Shown piece after piece: positions 27,864 through 32,000 of a stretch of DNA of 32,000 nt (within the stretch, counting starts at the first letter, position 1; every line of letters starts with the position of its first letter). Made by a program: the position numbers and the translations under genes. Source of the DNA: Nitrosospira multiformis ATCC 25196 (GTDB lineage: Bacteria; Pseudomonadota; Gammaproteobacteria; Burkholderiales; Nitrosomonadaceae); assembly GCF_000196355.1 (NCBI RefSeq), contig NC_007614.1, positions 930,001-962,000 of the forward strand, read 5' to 3'. The notes below the pieces were generated by a model. That model made no database searches and was not told where the DNA came from. It saw only the letters and a program-made list of their open reading frames with translations.

Positions 27864-29353
27864 AAGCGTTCTCCTGAATCAAAGTTATAACCCTTCGACG
27901 AAGGTTAATTGCTTCAATTTAGGTGATGGAATTCAAGCTGTCAAAGCAGATTGGGAACTTCACGGGCCGGAACCAGGAGTCGCATACCCGGGGCTATGCC
28001 ATCGATCATCCTGCGATCACCGCTGCCGTCGATGGTTCTGATGGCCATGCTGGTTGCCAGCATCGCAGTGGGACGCGATATCTCCTTCTCCCAGTCTTCA
28101 CCTGGGGGCTCACGTTTCGAACCCGGGCAATGCGGGCGTTTGACGAAGGGGTCAAAGACCGGTCACAGGAGACAGTTTTCAAGGCAGGAGCGTCCGGATC
28201 ACAAATATTGAACTCACTGCCACCAGAAGAACCTTGCGTGCAAGGAGGTACGGCTACAGTAACGATCTCCGCTCCAATAATGCAGATATCATAGTTGCCA
28301 ATCAACGCTATACCTTTCATTTGTTCCTGGCCGAGTTCATGCAAATCTGGACGCCAGTTACGAAAGCGCCACTCGGGAGCAAGGGGGTGAGCTGATCTCC
28401 GATTTTATGCCCCGCGCATTCCGAAAACTTTAATGATGGTTGTGCTTCCCAGGTTGCCACATCCCGATATTTGATTTCCATATAACATGGATCGTCAGAA
28501 TCCTCACCGATAGTCACGCCGTAGATCGACCCATTCGGGGAAGCTGCCTTAGCCAAAGTCCTGTTTGTCGGCGTCTTGCCGGATGTCGAGGCGGAACTGG
28601 ATGATTTAACAAATGCTGAACAGCTGCGCCGGGTGCCGAACTCGTGGGGGAACCTGGTTTGCCTGGCCGTTTCTTGGGCAGTCCGGATCTTGTGGACACG
28701 CTGCTGCATTGCATACGAATCCTGTCCACAGGAGGTGGACTGCTCGGCTATCCAGCGGCTATCTCAACAACCTTTCTCGTCTGTTCCACTGTCACGCTTC
28801 CCGCGCTGCTGGCGAGCAGCAGAATCCCGATCCAAATTATCATAATCCGTCGGCAGCCCCTAATTCTCTCCTGGCAAATCGTGAGAAAGCATCGATGTGG
28901 TTTCGCGATAATCTATGCTCGATACAATCCTTTATATGTACGCTACCGCCCCCGTTTTCCAGGTCCTCGCTTTCGCCGGTTCAAAAGCAGGCATCCAGAC
29001 ATGATTAAATTTTCCATCCCAGATTTAAACCACTGGCTTTAGCTCGTCAGCTTTAGCATCTTCGTGTGTTATTCCCCCTTGTTTTTTGGAAAGCGTGATC
29101 TATTTTTAATAGTGTTTCCTTGCCCCTGACAGAAAAATGGTAAATGGCGGAATTTCTGCGACCAGCAAGGAAATACAGGCGAGCATGAAAAGAATCATCG
29201 GCATGAGAAAGGCGCTATCCACTCAAGGAGGACGCTAATTGCCGCGTGTTGAAAAAGAGCTGTGGGTCGCCTGCTCCATGAGTAACTCCACCAGGAGGGA
29301 AGAAAGGGTCGGTTACGTGATCTTGTTAACTTAACTATTGGTGAGAGGAAAAA

Positions 29354-30139
29354 ATGAAGAAATTAACTCATGCTTTTCTATTGGGAGCAGTACTGCTGGG
29401 CTCCATCGCCGTTATTGCCCAGCAACGTGAAGCTGGTGGAACCACCGGTGATCCGGCAAACCGTGCTGTAAACATTAACCTCGGCAGTACCGGAGGTGCG
29501 CTGGATAATTCCGCCCTGATGACAATTCGCCGGCAGGTCGGCAAGGCCATCTCCTCGGAGGCTGTCGATACTTTTATTGTCTACAGTCCAAAAATCGGTG
29601 GTTCCGTGCAAGTTGAAGGCGGTCTCAACGCCTGCGCGGAAGAAGGGTTCAGCGCGAAACCTAACCAGTTCAGGGAGTTTGTACACAAGTTGCGCGAGAT
29701 TCGTCCACGAACAGGTACCTTCCTGAATATCGAGCTCACAGGCCAGTGTAAACCTGTTGGTTCCGGGGCAGGGGAGGAGAACGTTTGCGGCGGCATTGCT
29801 GGGAAACGTTGTCCCGATGAAAAACAGTACTGTGATTTTGGTGTCGGTCAATGCAAGATCGCGGACGCGCAAGGCACCTGCAAGACAAAACCAAGAAATT
29901 GCACGCGCGAATTCCGGCCCGTTTGCGGCTGCGACGGAAAAACGTACGGGAACGCATGTACAGCGGCAGCTGCAGGAGTATCAATCGTCCATCAGGGTGA
30001 ATGCAAGACTGAGCAGCAAGCGTGTGGGGGAATCGCAGCGATTCCATGCCCCAAAGGCAAAACCTGTGTGGACGATCCTTCCGATGATTGCGACCCCAAA
30101 CAGGGCGGGGCTGACTGTAGCGGCATTTGCGTGAAGTAA
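29354..30139 (+). CDS. Exported protein with a Kazal-type protease inhibitor-like domain
   Basis: Signal-peptide-like MKKLTHAFLLGAVLLGSIAVIAQQ; NCTREFRPVCGCDGKTYGNACTAAAAGVSIVHQGEC matches the Kazal consensus; flanking CGGIAGKRCP / CGGIAAIPCPKGKTCVDDPSDDCDP repeats. Confidence 0.9.
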   Translation: MKKLTHAFLLGAVLLGSIAVIAQQREAGGTTGDPANRAVNINLGSTGGALDNSALMTIRRQVGKAISSEAVDTFIVYSPKIGGSVQVEGGLNACAEEGFSAKPNQFREFVHKLREIRPRTGTFLNIELTGQCKPVGSGAGEENVCGGIAGKRCPDEKQYCDFGVGQCKIADAQGTCKTKPRNCTREFRPVCGCDGKTYGNACTAAAAGVSIVHQGECKTEQQACGGIAAIPCPKGKTCVDDPSDDCDPKQGGADCSGICVK

Positions 30140-30157
30140 AGCCTGAAATAGCACTCT

Positions 30158-30733
30158 GTGACTTGCTATTGTTTGGCCGCTGTAAGTGTATCCTTCGCCG
30201 CGCTCGGGATTACGCCATGCTCGCAGGCTTCCGAACCCGTTTCAGCGGAACGTATCGATGCAGCGAGCATGCGGCGCATAGGCACAGTCGATGAGCGGTT
30301 CCAATCTTACAACATCGAAATGATCGAAGTCATCGGTGGAAGATTCTGGAAGCCATACAGGGATATCGACCCTCTTCTCAAGGGGGGTCCTCCGGCGCAC
30401 AATCGAAAAAGAATTCGACAACCCGTGGGTATGAACCCGAATCTGTACCAACAGCGTCCGCCGATTGACCTTGCCAACCTGCGCTTGCACAAGCTCGCAG
30501 CCGCCTTGGGACCTGCTTATGTAAGAGTCACCGGAATGTGGGTCAACAGCGCCTACTTCCACAATTCCGATCAGCTCGCACCGAAGAGGCCTCCAAAAGG
30601 CTTCAGCGGAGTATTAACCCGTCGGCAATGGAAGATCGCGCAGCGGAGACAAGGAGTGGGGGCAACTCGCCTATCACTATCAGAGAGGTCAACCAGACGG
30701 TTGGTCCATGATGCAGACGGGAGACATTCGTGA
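30158..30733 (+). pseudogene. Truncated glycoside hydrolase family 79-like (heparanase N-terminal-like) gene
   Basis: FQSYNIEMIEVIGGRFWKPYRDID...PPIDLANLRLHKLAAALGPAYVRVTGMWVNSAYF...PPKGFSGVLTRRQWK, then a low-similarity tail and premature end; too short for a complete GH79 enzyme. Confidence 0.6.
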
Positions 30734-31497
30734 GTAATTTTATTGTTGTTGTCTTCCCGACGGAAAAACAGGCAGACGAGGGCAGGAAAGCGCTCAAGGA
30801 ACTTCAGGAGGAAGGCAAGCTTACGATTCATGGGATGGCCATCATCACCAAGCAAACAGATGGCAAGGTCTCGATGAAGGACCAGGCTGACAAAGCGCCC
30901 TTTGGGACGGCGGTAGGGACAGTCGTGGGTAGCCTTATTGGTTTGTTGGGAGGACCAGTGGGGCTTGCCGCAGGCGCAGCTGCAGGTGCTTTTTTAGGAT
31001 ACTCGGTCGATGCTTCCAATTACGGCTTGGGCACGGAGTTCGTTGATGAGGTATCACGGAATTTAACGACCGGAAAGAGCGCGCTGGTCGCCGAGGTTGA
31101 CGAGTATTGGACCGTACCGCTAGATTTGACGATGGAAGCGCTAGGCGGAATCATAGTTCGCCAATGGCGCCTGGATGTGGAACAAGACCTGATTCGGAAT
31201 GATGTCCGCGCTCGCAATGCCGAGCTTTCCCAACTCAAGGCTGAGTATGGGCAAGCCGAGGATGAGCATAAGGCGCGGTTGGAAGTCAGGATCAAGATTG
31301 TCGAGGCCAAACTGAAGGCCGCCTTGGAACGTGAAAAGGCCAAGGTGGAAGCGTTAAAACAGCAAGCAGACGCGAAGATCAAGGCCCTCCAGAAACAGGC
31401 TACAACGGCAAGCCCGGAAACCAGAAACATAATCGAGCAACGGGTCGCAGAAATTCAAGCGGAATCAGAGAAGCTTGCAAAACAGCATGGGACTTAA
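30730..31497 (+). CDS. DUF1269-like protein with glycine-rich hydrophobic segment and coiled-coil C-terminus
   Basis: GTG start; MSNFIVVVFPTEKQADEGRKALKELQEEG..., GTAVGTVVGSLIGLLGGPVGLAAGAAAGAFLG, then a long Lys/Glu coiled coil. Confidence 0.85.
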   Translation: MSNFIVVVFPTEKQADEGRKALKELQEEGKLTIHGMAIITKQTDGKVSMKDQADKAPFGTAVGTVVGSLIGLLGGPVGLAAGAAAGAFLGYSVDASNYGLGTEFVDEVSRNLTTGKSALVAEVDEYWTVPLDLTMEALGGIIVRQWRLDVEQDLIRNDVRARNAELSQLKAEYGQAEDEHKARLEVRIKIVEAKLKAALEREKAKVEALKQQADAKIKALQKQATTASPETRNIIEQRVAEIQAESEKLAKQHGT

Positions 31498-31809
31498 AGC
31501 ACAGGCTCAGAATAGGTTCGTCTTGGCGTGATTGACCGAGCGTTTGAAAAACTGCCGACGAGGTAACTCACCACCTTCTTATTCATACAAGTCTCTTTCT
31601 GCGAGTGCTTGATTTGCTCGCTATTTTGTTGCGCTATTAGCAGACCCCTTTCCAAGGTGTGTCACCGAACGGACGGGAAGATGCCACGGCCCCTATAACT
31701 GCTTCCATCATTCAAGTTTCAACCGCGCTTCGATTTTGAGCTGAGCGTGACTTTAAAGTGCAAAGTAAGTGTGCTTTGCTACCTTCTACCATCCCAGGAG
31801 GAGAAAAAG

Positions 31810-32000
31810 ATGTCGGAAAAAGGGGAAATAGTTGTATTGGGATTCAGGGATCCCGAAGAGGCCGATCGCGTTTTATCCAGGCTTTATATGCTGCCCAGGG
31901 AATATCTGGCCGGTGAGGATGCGGTGGTCGTAGTGCGGGACGAGACAGGCTATGTTCATATCAAGCAAGGCAGCGATCTTGTCAAAACCGGGGCGAAGGA
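31810..32000 (+). CDS. Start of a second DUF1269-like protein, truncated by the window edge
   Basis: AGGAGG upstream of ATG; MSEKGEIVVLGFRDPEEADRVLSRLYMLPREYLAGEDAVVVVRDETGYVHIKQGSDLVKTGAK. Confidence 0.75.
   Translation, partial: MSEKGEIVVLGFRDPEEADRVLSRLYMLPREYLAGEDAVVVVRDETGYVHIKQGSDLVKTGAK

Noticed and set aside
27923-28709. ORFs on both strands (27923-28294 +, 28006-28344 -, 28317-28709 -) upstream of the S8 protease
   Set aside because: Conflicting strands, no recognisable domain. The minus pieces may be a frameshifted secreted-protein gene, but support is too weak for a feature.
28644-29042. 132-aa and 131-aa overlapping plus-strand ORFs
   Set aside because: Basic, low-plausibility translations with no ribosome-binding site or family motifs.
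1-32000. CRISPR arrays, tRNA and rRNA genes
   Set aside because: No regularly spaced direct repeats of CRISPR type and no recognisable tRNA/rRNA sequence noticed by eye; tRNAscan-SE/Infernal should be run to confirm absence.

Overview
The window looks betaproteobacterial, probably a Nitrosospira-like ammonia oxidiser (inference from protein style only). Left end: an ordinary histidine biosynthesis block on the minus strand (hisG-hisD-hisC-hisB-hisH-hisA). The rest is a low-density accessory region. It has an outer-membrane beta-barrel-like protein, CheY-like regulators, a PAS-GGDEF-EAL protein, a Crp/Fnr regulator, a histidine kinase, a HlyIII-family protein, a cold-shock protein, two IS5-family insertion sequences with canonical -1 slippery heptamers, an internally deleted IS derivative, an IS remnant, and many decaying genes. 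The decaying genes include a CspA copy, a response regulator, a GGDEF domain, a histidine kinase tail, parE-like and vapC-like toxins beside an intact antitoxin, a RelE-like/XRE toxin-antitoxin pair, and a truncated GH79-like gene. The strongest candidate for an undescribed system is the minus-strand cluster at 25112-27863: an S8 protease translationally coupled (ATGA) to a small CGGC-motif protein, then a PatG-C-terminal-like protein, then a Cys-rich protein with a long polyglycine linker. This resembles a split, non-cyanobacterial PatA/PatG-type peptide maturation locus. All family calls are by eye from motifs; no searches were run.
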